A DNA stretch of 64,000 nt from Dicyema japonicum (taxonomy: Eukaryota > Animalia > Dicyemida): NCBI GenBank assembly GCA_011109175.1, contig RDEW01000045.1, positions 177,417 to 241,416 on the forward strand, given 5' to 3'. Positions 10,900 through 23,384 of this stretch are shown here, piece by piece. Numbering within the stretch: the stretch's first letter is position 1; every line of letters starts with the position of its first letter. The translations under genes and the position numbers were made by a program. Under the pieces are notes generated by a model that did no database searches, was not told the DNA's origin, and saw nothing but the letters and a program-made list of their open reading frames with translations.

Positions 10900-12204
10900 A
10901 TGTGCAACAACAAAGTTCATTGCATCAATTTCGGTTATTATTCACGGTAATTATTATTATTACAAAGTACAATCACTGTCGGCTTTACTGGAGGAGTTAA
11001 GGTCTTTTCTATCGACGGACTTGCTGTCCTCGAACTCCTATACGATTCAACAGATGGTTTGGGTTCTTTTTGTATTCTTATACTACTCTGACGTCCATTC
11101 TGCCGAATGCATTGGCAATGTGGTCTCATTAGTCCAATTCCGTTGTCCCCGTCAGTTCATTCAGTACAACTTTGTGGATAAAACTGAAGTCAGCAAAGTA
11201 GAATTTCATGAGAACATAATAACATTCAAAATCAATAAAACATTAATATTAGTCCGTCTTCCAACTTCTCTTCATATTTTGGACGCTCATACCTATGAGT
11301 CCACCCACGTTCTCTCAGATTTGGAGATTTTTTCTACCGCCTTGGCTCTCTGCATGACATTCTCCCCAAACAGTTTGCTTACCCTTCCATGCCAGAAGTC
11401 GGGTCGGTGACCATCCGCAAAGTAACGGAAGACGTCGAGTTGGTATACTAAGACTTATTCCAGGAAACAGTCTATGTAGTTAAGCCATTTGACAAACAGA
11501 TATCACAGATTGAATTTAACTCACATGGGGATATGCTAGCCATAGCTTCAGTTGAGGTACAATCCACGTGGTAACTTTTAGGGGATTTACATTTATGTTG
11601 TAAAGGTCAATAGTGGGGACATCCTCTATCAGTTTCTCAGAGGAATAAGCAAACACGTATCAATATCTTCACTATTGTTTGCAAATGGAAACTGTCTGGT
11701 ATGTTCGTCTGATTCAGACACAGCCCACGTGTTTGAGATGTCCCCCAACATGTAATTTTATCAATAACCCTGGTAGATCTGTGGTTGGGAGTTACATTAC
11801 AAGCGCGGTCTCTTATTTACCTTTCGGGTCTTCGTTTATTATGAAAAGAAGCTCAATTGGAGCCAAGATCCCAGCTGGGGGTTCCCCACAAAGTCCTATT
11901 ACTGGAAACATGGGGGACTCTGCTGGTTGGCTGTTGCCTGCAAATCAGGGATGTTGCACATGTTTGTGGTGGACGTTCCCTGCGGACAGTGTATTCTGAT
12001 ACCCACTCAATGTAACCTACTAAAGTGGGGATATATTATAATTTCAGGATAGGGAGATACCACTTGACTATAAATCATGAGGATGAGGGAAGTTTCGTCT
12101 TCACTGACATGCAGTCCCTATCGAACACAAATTCTCCCTCCATAGAAGAGATTAGCAGTGTGGTTTCTTCGGAAATCCCAAAGAGGAAGAATCAGTTGAA
12201 GTGA
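10900..12204 (+). CDS. WIPI2: WIPI1/WIPI2 (ATG18) PROPPIN WD40 autophagy protein
   Basis: MCNNKVHCINFGYYSR|TITVGFTGGVKVFS...FAYPS...FDKQISQIEFNSHGDMLAIASVE|GIYIYVVKVNSGDILYQFLRGISKHVSISSLLF...SSDSDTAHVFEM aligns with WIPI2. Introns 10947-10967, 11057-(11081 or 11090), 11443-11463, 11557-11581, 11752-11776, 12025-12047. At least two 1-nt frameshifts. Confidence 0.85.
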
Positions 12205-12299
12205 AGAATAATAATCATGTAAAATTATGTTTTGACAGTTCTTCCAGTGATTAATATATAACCTTTCATTTTTTTAATTTTTAATCAAACAAACCTGTC

Positions 12300-13150
12300 T
12301 CTATGACAAATTGGTTCGTATCAATAGGCTTATTCAAGATTTCAACATTTTTTTATTCAACTACCACTCATCTTGTTGATGTAAGTCATCTGGTGTCAAG
12401 AAAAGTTTTCTCAAATTCATGACATGGATAATCGAATATTAATCTTTAATTGGTTAAACTCTTAAGTGGAAGACGAGGCCAACTAAACACCATTAAAATC
12501 ATAAAATATGGTCTATTGATGGGACTTTTTATGTCTTCCTTGGAAGCAGTTATTTACAATATCGGTGATAATTAATCACCATTTAATTCCGATAATATTC
12601 TATCTTTTAACATTAAAAAATGAATATGACACAATGCTTCTAATAATCAAACGTCTCATACGGATTTAGAACCAAGAGTTATTGTCTCAGATTTTGAAAA
12701 AGGAGCAATAAACTCTTTTCAAAAGTCATTTCCAAGGATAAATCGCTGCATCCATCTATGACAAAAATTTAATAAAAATATTGGAATTAGGAAATAATGA
12801 AGATATAAATAGGTTAAATGTAATTTAAAATTAACGATAGATTTGCAAAACTGTTGAAATGCCTCTCCTTTATTCCTACACATACTGTAAAGAACATATT
12901 TGCTTGGATGTGTCGAGATCAGATTTTCCTGCGATTCTAAGTCCATTATATCAATATTTCTAGATCAATTATATATTCTAGTTCGAACAAGTTTACCATA
13001 ATTCGACTTGATCCACAAAAAATCGTGAAACCTGCCAACAAACTCCCCTATTACACTTTTATGTGATATTTCAAAAACCACCCAAGATACGACAATACTC
13101 ATAACTATGACAAATAAACACGCCTAATCTTAGACATCAAGAATCCAGAA
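12300..13150 (+). mobile_element. MULE (Mutator-like) transposase remnant
   Basis: WSIDGTFY near 12510 and PRVIVSDFEKGAINSFQKSFPRINRCIHL near 12670 match MULE DDE motifs; many stops. Confidence 0.65.
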
Positions 13151-13269
13151 AAGGATGATCTTATTTTCACTAATATTATTCATTAATCATAAAGAAAATT
13201 TCCTTCTCAAATCTATGAAGATTATATTTTAATCGAGTACTTGAAAGAGGATGGCTAGAAACCAGCATT

Positions 13270-14360
13270 GCCATCTTGAAAAGTCCTGGTGGCGTTCCGT
13301 ATGGTTTTCCATGATTGGGGGACGTTTAGTTTTCTCCGTAGTAAAAGTAGAGTTAGCACGATCTCCGTAATAATATTCTTAGACATCGGTTTTGTAGCAC
13401 TTCAGTTTGCTATGTGTCGATAGTGATAACAGATAACAGATAACATGATTTATTCGCAAAACCCCAACTAACTAAACAAGGTAAGAGCCATTAACTAAAG
13501 AGGAAAGCCAAGATTTGGGGTCGTCTATATCGGGGCACTCTCATGAGACACCGTATGTCTCTTCTCCGTAAAAAGCCCCAATTACAATGCGAGTTTCCAC
13601 AAGCAATGTAATAAATCACCGATTCTTCTCGTTTTTCTTTCGTATTCGTCATCAATTTCAGATGCTAAATCCAATCCATGTGCTTCAATTTAGTTTCGTT
13701 TATAATTAGAACTTCCATCTGGATCGTGCTGGCTATAGCAACCAGCACTGAGGCCCGTTTCCGAAGAGAACGGGCATTAACCAGGTTTATCCTGACTACT
13801 TCTGGTTTTTTTTCGGTGGCTGCTCTCTCTTCTCTGTATTGAAGCTTCTATACATGTCCTATTCCAGCCAGTTTTAATTTCTTATTCGTTCCAATTTTGG
13901 AAACTTCACTTTCTCCATTATGGGCATTTTTTCGTTTTAAAGATAATTTTCCATTCGATTCTTTCCTTTTTGGTCAATTTTGTTTTTCTTCGCAATGTTA
14001 GCTTCAACAGCCTTGGGACATCTTCAAAGTCGATTGATGAACACAATTCAAAAAACTTATTATTGTTTTTAACTGGACACTGCGATCTTCTATGTGAATC
14101 AGAACAAACAAAGCATCTTTCAACACATCTCCATTAGGCCTGAAGTATGTTTCTCAAACTCGTAGTATATTTCTTCGTCTTGTAGCACCAGTGGCACCAC
14201 CTCGGCCTAATTTTTCTAATTTTTTTTTCGATAGTGATAGTGCAATCCATGCAACACAGGCGTACTCGACACTCGGTAGAACACATCGTTTGTACAGATG
14301 CTCCAACGATGGGCTGGAAGATATAGGGAGTGCGCAATAGCCTTGAGAATTCATCATGAA
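13270..14360 (-). mobile_element. Cluster of APE-type LINE fragments
   Basis: INLVNARSLRKR...EVLIINETKL (APE start, about 13800-13690), EVLQNRCLRILL (about 13400) and YKRCVLPSVEYACVAW (about 14300). Confidence 0.6.
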
Positions 14361-15119
14361 AGATTATAAAAGATTATAAATGCGTCAAAAGTGTTTTTGT
14401 TTATTAACTCAAAAAAGGAATTAATTAGCTGATTCCGACAACTCTGAAGATCCTCAACTTTTCCTGATGTTGGATTTTTGATCCAGCACAGCTACCGATT
14501 GGACGGGAGGCAGTGTTTCCCATATATTACTCCAGTGTGATGTATTTTCTGCTTTTATTGGTGGAATGGTATTTCTGTGGCAGGCACTTCAGTTTTCGAA
14601 GGGCTACGAAACCCTTTCCATTTTCGGATAAGATGTTCGAGAGTGGAGTGTGATAATTCTTCCAGTTTTGCCAAGTGTTTTATTGACGTAGCTATTAAAT
14701 CAATAATTTCAATTTTGCTTTACTAAAAATAAATTTATATAATTTTTCCTTTCACTGTAAAAAATAAAAATCTCATGAAATTACCAAATTGTAAAATTCA
14801 GGTCATCGACTTTATTAGTTTTTTCATACGGTTTGAAAAATCGAACAATGCATGATTTTTTTATTTACCCTCTGTCTCTTCAAGTGAAGGAATCCGATGG
14901 ATGACAAAAGCGTAACTACCAATGACGGACGTTCCCAGAGATCCAAAAAGTTAACCCCATGTGTGGAGTAAACAGTAGACTGACCAAGACACGAAAAAAG
15001 GAGATCTGTTTCGTGGTGGTGACCGCAACGGTGGCGCTCCAGGTTTACTTGAGTATCACGAGGAAAAAAAGATTCACTGATGACTGGTGGAGGACGACCA
15101 AGAAACTTGTTTAATCTAT

Positions 15120-15685
<566 letters not shown>

Positions 15686-17587
15686 GTTGTCCAATCTAGT
15701 CGTGTCCGACCCTTGGAGATCTCATGAACGAGTTTCCTCAACTCTCCCCGATCCTTTGCAATTTGGAGTAGCCTTGATATAGGCATTCCCGTGACGTCTT
15801 CCACCGTGGATAGCCACCGAGTCCTTGGTCGGCCAGGTCTTCTCTTCCCAGTAATATTGCTCAGCATAATGGTTCTTACCAGTGAATCAGAGCGGACAAC
15901 ATGCCCAAAGAACGTCAATCTGTGTTTTACGATTCTTCCCTCTAGTGAAATGTCAGTCTCTACCCGTTTGAGTACATTGATGGTTGTTACTTTGGAGGTC
16001 CAAGGGATTCTTAGTAACCTCCTCCAGCACCACAGCTCAAAAGCATTAATTTTTCTCCTATCCGCCTTTTTCAATGTCCATGATTCTGCGCTGTATAAAA
16101 AAACCGGGAACACGATTGCATTAGCTAATCTGCATTTGGTCCTTAAAGAAATATCTTTGTTTTTTCCAAATTCTATTCATTCTCTGGAAGGTGTCTCGTC
16201 CCATGGCAATTCGCCTCTTGATTTCCAGACCTTCGTCACCATTCCGATTAATTAGACATCCCAGAAAGTTAACATTATCGCAACTCTCTATTTTCTCATT
16301 CCCAATTTTTAGTTCCATTATTAGCAGTAGTCATAATTTTGGTCTTCTTGATATTTAGCAATAAACCAAAGACAGCGCTCTCTTCTCTGAATCTTGGAAT
16401 CAACTCCCTGAGGCCATCCTCTGTTTCAGCCAGTAATGTTGTATCGTCAGCATAGCGCAAATTATTGATGTTCCCATTTTTGATACAGTATCCAATTTAG
16501 TCATGATCATTTCGGCATAAATATTGAATAGGGTGGAGATAATAAGCATCCTTGTTTTACTCCTTTACTAATTTTGAACCAATCGGTATCTCCATACACT
16601 GACCACAGCTTGTCATGTATAACGGAATCAAAAGCTTTCTGATAGTCAATGAAGCACATGTATGCAGTCTTTTGGGATTCATAGGCTTTCTCCATAATCC
16701 ATCGGAAATTTGCTATATGGTCACGTGTGCCTTGTCCCTTCCTGAATCCTGCTTGGACATCCGGTAGAATCATTTCGGCATTTGGCATTAGACGATGTTG
16801 TATTATCTTTATAAGTATTTTGCTGACGTGGGGAATTAAGGCTATTGTACGATAGTTTGAACAGTCCTTGCTATCCCCTTTTTTCGGTATTGGAATAAAT
16901 ATAGATCTTTTCCACTCGCGTGGCCAAATACCAGTATCCAAATTTTTTGACATAGACTGGTGATAGCTGTCACTGGTGTAGCTTTCAACAATTCGCTTGA
17001 GATGTTGTCAATCCCCGGTACCTTGTTCCCCGTTAATTGCCGTGTGGTCCACACGCATTCCTCCTCAAGGATTTTATGCCCCTAACCCGACGTTGCTTCA
17101 TCAACACATATGGGTGGGCACACAGTTTCTGTATATAGACGTTCCGTATATTCTCTCCAACGATTTCGGATGTTCTGTTGGCTTAGCAATTCAACACCAT
17201 CCTTGTCCTTGATTTTGCCCATCATTTTCGTAAAGGGGGTTCGTAATCTTTTTGGTTGTAAATACGCATTCCTAGTGTGACCTCTCTTATAGTCATCTTC
17301 CATTTTTGAAGTGTAACCTCCAGTAGTCTTCTTTATCCTTCCTGACTGCCTTTTTGAATTCAGAGTTAGGTTTTCTTATCTCGTCTATATTCCCAGAGAC
17401 TTTAGCAGCTTTACGAGCCTCAGCAATGTTTAGGGTGTTGGCAGAGAGCCACTCAGAGCACTTAACCGGCGTTTTGTATTTGACATGTTTTATTGCAGCG
17501 TTCCTGATAACCAACTGCATATCATTCCATAATTCATCAGGCATCCTTCCGTTCAAATCAAGTAATCCAATATTTTGCTTAACTTCC
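15686..17587 (-). mobile_element. RTE/BovB-like LINE, 5'-truncated, inserted in the hAT transposase
   Basis: KRSIFIPIPKKGDSKDCSNYRTIALIPH, FIDYQKAFDSV, GVKQGCLLSP, YADD, KINAFELWCWRRLLRIPW, KGRTRLD. Confidence 0.95.
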
Positions 17588-18260
17588 ATCTTCAATAATA
17601 TCATCAAATGGGTATCGGACGAAAACCAATAAAACTCAAATCTTCAACATCAGTAGACTCATCAATTTGAATGGCAAAACCATTAGAATTATTTAAACGA
17701 ATTAGTAACTGGTTTCAATACTTTCCGAAAGTTCCTGAATTCGCCTTGATATAGTATTATTTGACAAAGGATCAAGATACAGTTTCTTATAAATTTGTTC
17801 GCCATGAATACACTCGATGGTTTTTTTGAACATGGCTTTATAAGATTTTCAGCAATTGTATGTGCCTCTACACAACGTGCTACAAGATAACTCACCTGTT
17901 TAGTTAAAATGATTATATACTTCATAAGATGCTCTGATCGATTTTAAATTGTCGTCTTTTGCAAATTGGACAGTTCAAACTTGCACCTTGTAGATGCATT
18001 TAATTTTTTCAAAAAAGGAAATATATTTATCCTTTATGAGGATGCTTCATCAATAGATGTCTTGATAGCTCGGCAGGAACAAGAGATGTGCTAGGAATTA
18101 TTTGATGGCATATTACACATTCTGCCGTATGCGGTAAATCAGATCCATTCTGAGAAAACCCATATGAGAGGTAGCTTTCATCATGTTTTCTATAATTATA
18201 ATTATAAAAAACCTTTTTTGAATATTTTTGGAATCTCTTATGCAATTATTGTTTCTCATT
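17588..18260 (-). mobile_element. hAT (Buster/SPIN-type) transposase, 5' part
   Basis: RKHDESYLSYGF...CVICHQ...LSRHLLMKH (BED-like finger), SYLVA...HTIAENLIKPC, FAIQIDESTDV, VRYPFDDIIED. Confidence 0.85.
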
Positions 18261-18419
18261 AAAATCTTATAAAATTAACTAAAACTTAACTAACTAACCC
18301 AAAAGAGAAACTAGATATACGCGTTGATGTTTAATATATTTTAATAATTAAAAACTAGTATTAAATAAATATAATAATATAATAAATTCCCATTTGACCC
18401 ATCATACTACTAAATTCAT

Positions 18420-19658
18420 TACGCAAAGTCTTGGCAAACATTGTGCTTGAACAAATAAAAGGATCTGCTTACAATTACCAACCAGATAGTCAAAGTGGTT
18501 TTCGAGAAGAGAGATCCACAGCTGATCCGGTCTGTAGTCACAGATGGAGGTGTGCAACATATCAAAGATACTGTAACGCCACGAATATTCTGGGAATTGA
18601 CCTATAAAGAGCTTTTGATACGGTTAACAGGAACAAGTTAATGGGGTACTGAGCGGATTTCTTGATGAGTCGAGTCTAAGGATGACCGGAATCTACTTTC
18701 CAACCACTAGCTCCTTGTGAGAGTCGGAAAGACCTATTCAAGGAAAATTTGAAACACTCCACAAGGAGACTCTCTTTCTCCTCTACTATTCACAATCTAT
18801 TTGGAAGCCGCAATGAAGGAACTTAGACCGTTATACCATGGAAAGACGGAAGAAGTGATCTACGCGGACGATGTAGACTTAATTTATGAAGACAAAGAGG
18901 TCATGGAAAACCTATTAGAAAAAGCACCAGATGTACTATGGAAATGGTTTCTTACTGTGAACAGAGAGAAAACAGAACTCACAGATATAAGAAGGATGAG
19001 TAACGTCCTAGATGAGAAGTGGCGACAAGTAAAGAAACTCGGTTCACTTATGGGAGATAGCAAAGATATCTTACGTAGGAAAACTCTAGCCAATGCTGCG
19101 TTATATAAACTGAAAAATGGCTCAATCAAAAAGACACGAAAATGAGAATCCTATTATCGACTCATTCATAAAACCCGTACTTTTATATAACGCTGGAACT
19201 TGGGTGACTTCATCAGCGGGTATGGAAAGACTAGACTCGTTCCACAGAGGTCAGCTGAGAAAAATAACAGGAACTACTTGGCCTACGAGAATATCGAGGA
19301 ATGCTTTATATAAGAGATGCAGCACTAGACCTATCAGCTTAGAAGTACTGGAATCCCGATGGAAGCTCTTCGGACACGTGCTGAGGATGGAATTAACATC
19401 CCCACCGAATATATATATGAAAACATACTATGTTAGTCAAGAAGGCCGCTATCGTGGAAGACCTAGAGCAACACTGCCAATAGTTTTACAAAAAGACCTG
19501 ATCAAAAGAAATCTAAAAAATACCGACGACCTGTACAACATGAGAGCTTTGGCTAGGAACAGTGGAGCATGGAAAAGGATGACATCTAACCTTGTTTCTT
19601 TTGCTGCACATGATATAATTAGCATGGCTCTCGTGAAGTGCTTCAATAATAATAATAA
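18420..19658 (+). mobile_element. RTE-clade LINE (second family), 5'-truncated, with (TAA)n tail
   Basis: IYADDVDLI, LLYNAGTW...RLDSFHRGQLRKI...WKLFGHVLRM, RGRPRATL; tail at about 19646-19658. Confidence 0.85.
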
Positions 19659-19659
19659 A

Positions 19660-19697
19660 TTCCCAACCTCCGCGGAATTCCAGGTTGGGAACCACTG
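19660..19697. repeat. hAT-type terminal inverted repeat remnant forming a hairpin
   Basis: TTCCCAACCT-(12 nt)-AGGTTGGGAA; 19681-19697 reads CAGTGGTTCCCAACCTG on the minus strand, a Buster/Charlie-type TIR. Confidence 0.6.
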
Positions 19698-19979
19698 CTC
19701 TACGGGGACGTTGAGCAAAACCTAGTTGCACTGTTCGAAGGTTGAAAATCCTCTAACTAAATATTTAAAGTATTTTCAAGAAAGGCAGTGATTTGAGGTA
19801 CATTTTATCAAGAATTCTGTGGAAATTCTCTCATCCAAGAGTTAAAAGCCCTTGTTTAAAAGAGTATTTCATCATTCTCTCGGATTTCCTTTCTTCTACA
19901 ACTGGGGGTTGACTTCTTGTTGATGATTCCTTTTGCCGATTAATCCTCTACTATTAAATTCTATCAGATTGTCCAATAG

Positions 19980-20220
19980 TTGCGTCTATACGTGTCAATA
20001 TTAGTAAGACTTGTTCCACTATTGTATACATCTCACAGATTACTTTGTATCTACCCAACTATACACCGAATTTACACTTTTCTATTGAAAACTGTATCTT
20101 ATATGGTGATTTCAATGCTCACCATCCTCCATGGCTATCCTCTGGCATACCTGATAAACATGGAGTGCAAATACTCCATTCAATGAACGTTCATGATCTC
20201 CTGACTTACCACAACCAAAT
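19980..20220 (+). mobile_element. APE endonuclease fragment of a Vingi-like LINE
   Basis: ENCILYGDFNAHHPPW. Confidence 0.7.
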
Positions 20221-20894
20221 TTTAATTCGCTTTTTTGATGCTGCTGTCTTTACAGACTGTCTAATTGCTACCGACAAAAAATTATTTGCTGTGGTTTCAT
20301 CACTAATCGTCTACTTCTTTCCTGAAATTATTAATCTTTTCAAAGAACCATGAACTCTAATGAAGGTAGAATATCTTTCTGAAGTCAAAATGCATGATCG
20401 TCGGGATGAGCGTTAATTTGCCTAAATCCAAAGTTATCTGCCAATAGCAAATACAAGAATTCGAAAAATTTGGAGAATATTAAATAAATTCTGCAGAGCC
20501 ATACTAGCTATAACTCCTCCAGACAGAATATAAATTTTATTCAAGTAAAAAACAGTTATCATAACTAATCGTTGAGGCGGAACCAAGGAATTCTCGTCAC
20601 TTCCTTTTTTTCTTTTTGTGAGTGTGAAATCTTTTGTAGACGGCCCTGTTCCGCATTGAGATTCACAGATGACGGCGTCACTCGTCAGGTCATTGTAGTT
20701 ATTTGTTAACTTTCTATTTATTTATGCGAAAGCCTGTAAATATATGGTTACATGCACAAAGGTAATACAGGATTGTCCTCTTGGGGGAATAATCTTTATG
20801 CAATTTGCCTATGACATTAAATTTAAGAATTCATAATTAGGTCAAGACGTAATGGATCGAACTTTAATGATTAAGTACGTTTTAGTTTAGTTTG

Positions 20895-22068
20895 ATGACA
20901 GAACTCACTTGTTTAGGAATAGGTGGTATCCTCCTCGATATTACCTCGACATCTTCTCCAGAGATCATCAAAGAGTTTTATATATTAAAATGATTTAGGT
21001 ACAATCTCATACCAAACGGAGCTGCGAGGGCCACAGTTGAACAAATACACATGTAAAACTACAGTTAAACAAAGATTCGATGAACTAATGATGTCAGATA
21101 ACACATTATACTCTCCTGGGGGGTCCTGCTTTAATACTGCATCAGTTTTGAAGAGTCTTTTGAAAAGCTCTTCTATAGTTAATTTCATTGGTTGCCTTGG
21201 AGACGATCTCAGAGGGAAGTACATTCAAGAATTCATTCAAAGGATAGGAATTGACGCCGAAATAGAACTTGCAGAGCCAGGAATCCCAACAGGAGTCTGT
21301 GGTGTGTTTATAAATGGAGAAGATAGGTAATTTTTAGTGTTAGTTGATCTATGTTATCTTATTTGGGAGCTGTTGACAAACTAACACTCGATTTTATCCT
21401 CAGAAAAAGAACAATGAATAAAATTAGACAAAGCCAATTGTTCTTTACGACAGGATTTGAACTTTTGGATACTTTCCAACCTGTCAAAGCAATAGCTGAC
21501 CACGTGGTGAGTTTTAACAAGATACTTTGTTATAATATCGGGGCCGAATATGTTTGCAAAACTGTAAAAGGAGTAAAAAGACAGGAAATACTTTTTCCAG
21601 CCGTGGATTACTGTTTTGGGAATTTGAAGGTAAATTTAATACTTAATTTGAAGGAATGTAAGACTTTCGCTGAGTCTTTTAATCTTGACGTATTCTATAA
21701 CCTAACTATTAGAGTTCTGATGTCGACAAAATAGCCATTAATATATCAAAATTACCTAAACTTAATAATTCTATATCGAGAACTGTAGTCATTACTGATG
21801 GACCAAACAAGATCACCGTCTTTAAAGGTGCTGCTATATTTTAGCCAAAGACAACCGAATTTATAAATTTGATCCTATTTTGCTTTCAAAGTTTGAAATT
21901 GTTAATACAAATGGTGCTGGAGATGCATTTATGGGCGGTTTAGTTTGGAATGTAATCCAAGGATTTCTATATGGCTTATCATGTGGAGAATGTTTACAGA
22001 AATGCGTAGAGAAGGCTTGTCTTTCTGCCTCTAAAGTCATCAAAAAGTCAGAGGCATGCATGATTTAG
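20895..22068 (+). CDS. ADK: Adenosine kinase (PfkB family)
   Basis: MTELTCLGIGGILLDI...PGGSCFN...FIGCLGDD...PTGVC...VDYCFGN...NTNGAGDAFMGG. Introns 20975-20998, 21053-21074, 21327-21346 (ends TG), 21630-21653, 21690-21712, 21828-21850 coincide with human ADK intron positions as I recall them. Start codon choice slightly uncertain. Confidence 0.92.
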
Positions 22069-23049
22069 TCGATTTTATTTGGTTTTTGAAATTTTGTTCA
22101 TGTTTACATTTTATTTAATAATTATAAGAAATTTAAAATTTTGTAGAATTATAACAATTAAAACTCTACCTACAAAGTGACTCACACAAGTTCGCACATT
22201 TTAACAATTTAAGACAATCAAAATAATCTGATAGGATGGAATAAAGATATACCAATAAGTAGAGTTTTCCTCATTTCTATTTATTGCTGATTATTTGAAT
22301 GTCCCAAGGTGTTCTTTCTTTTTGTCATACATGAAGCATAATGAATTTCTCTCGTGATCATTTGACCTATTTTTTTTCTGCAACATTGAATCCAACACTC
22401 TGTACACAAAACAACCTGAACTGACTGTCAACATACTTTAATGAAGATTTATAATTACTTGAGGTCTTACTTTGGACTGACAATTAACATTTACCAAAAA
22501 ATTGTGCTTTATACATTCTGTATCCTCCCAAAGAAGTTATCTCAAACAAGTCTTTGACCGTCATGAATGTAGAAAACACACAAAAACACTTAAAGTGAGT
22601 CTAACTACATTCGACCAATTTTGAAACTCGGGAAACCTAAAAACTTTCTAGTTTTCTATAAGCTGGTGTTTCTGGTCCACGGATATCCAACTTCTTGCTG
22701 TTAAAACTGAGTACTTATTAAACAAAAACATCCCTCCAGATAATGTATCCATTACTTAAACCTTCCCTTATGCAGAACTCACAGTTTATTTTAAGAAGTA
22801 AGAGGAGTAATGTTAATTAATCCAAAACATATCCAAGACATGTGGTCTTACTTGTCATTCTTTTTGTTTGTTTGTGTGTGTTCCAAAAGACAATCCAGTT
22901 CCGTAGTGTTTAAACAATGATGACTCGTCAACCCCAAAGCAGTAAAATATCTGCTACCAATTTACTCTCATTCCTCATTTCCACATCAGCGTCAGTCATT
23001 ATATCTCTGTTAACATTCACAGAATGTCCGCATGACAATCAAATCTTAG

Positions 23050-23340
23050 CTCCACAACCTAGTCAGAGACAGTGACCCTCCTGCTTGTATCCAATTAGCA
23101 TACTTTCGACAGGATAACCAGCGGGACAATCTTTAATTGAAAATCTTAAAGAAAAAAAAGTTCTCCCACAAGGAAATCATGTTTGTGATATTTCTCAACT
23201 TCAACTTGATTGAGGCGATCCTGTGAAGTAGTATCAACTTAAGAATTATTTCATTTTTAATTTTGCCATGCACAAAAATATCAGGTTTGTTAAATTCCAC
23301 CTTTGTTTCAGTCAAAATCGACATAACTTGTATCTCAACA
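23050..23340 (-). mobile_element. R4/Dong-like REL endonuclease fragment
   Basis: FNKPDIFVH...TTSQDRLNQVEVEKYHKHDFLVGE. Confidence 0.75.
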
Positions 23341-23384
23341 TTATGTGTCGATAATAATTACTTAACAAAATTTCTCCTCACCTT

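Noticed and set aside
13830-13870. Fifth 2A motif (KLKLAGIGHV*K) before an APE fragment
   Set aside because: It lacks ExNPGP; the resemblance is too weak.
14511-14522. CAGTGTTTCCCA as the partner TIR of 19681-19697
   Set aside because: No matching 8-bp TSD and only a 12-nt match with one mismatch.
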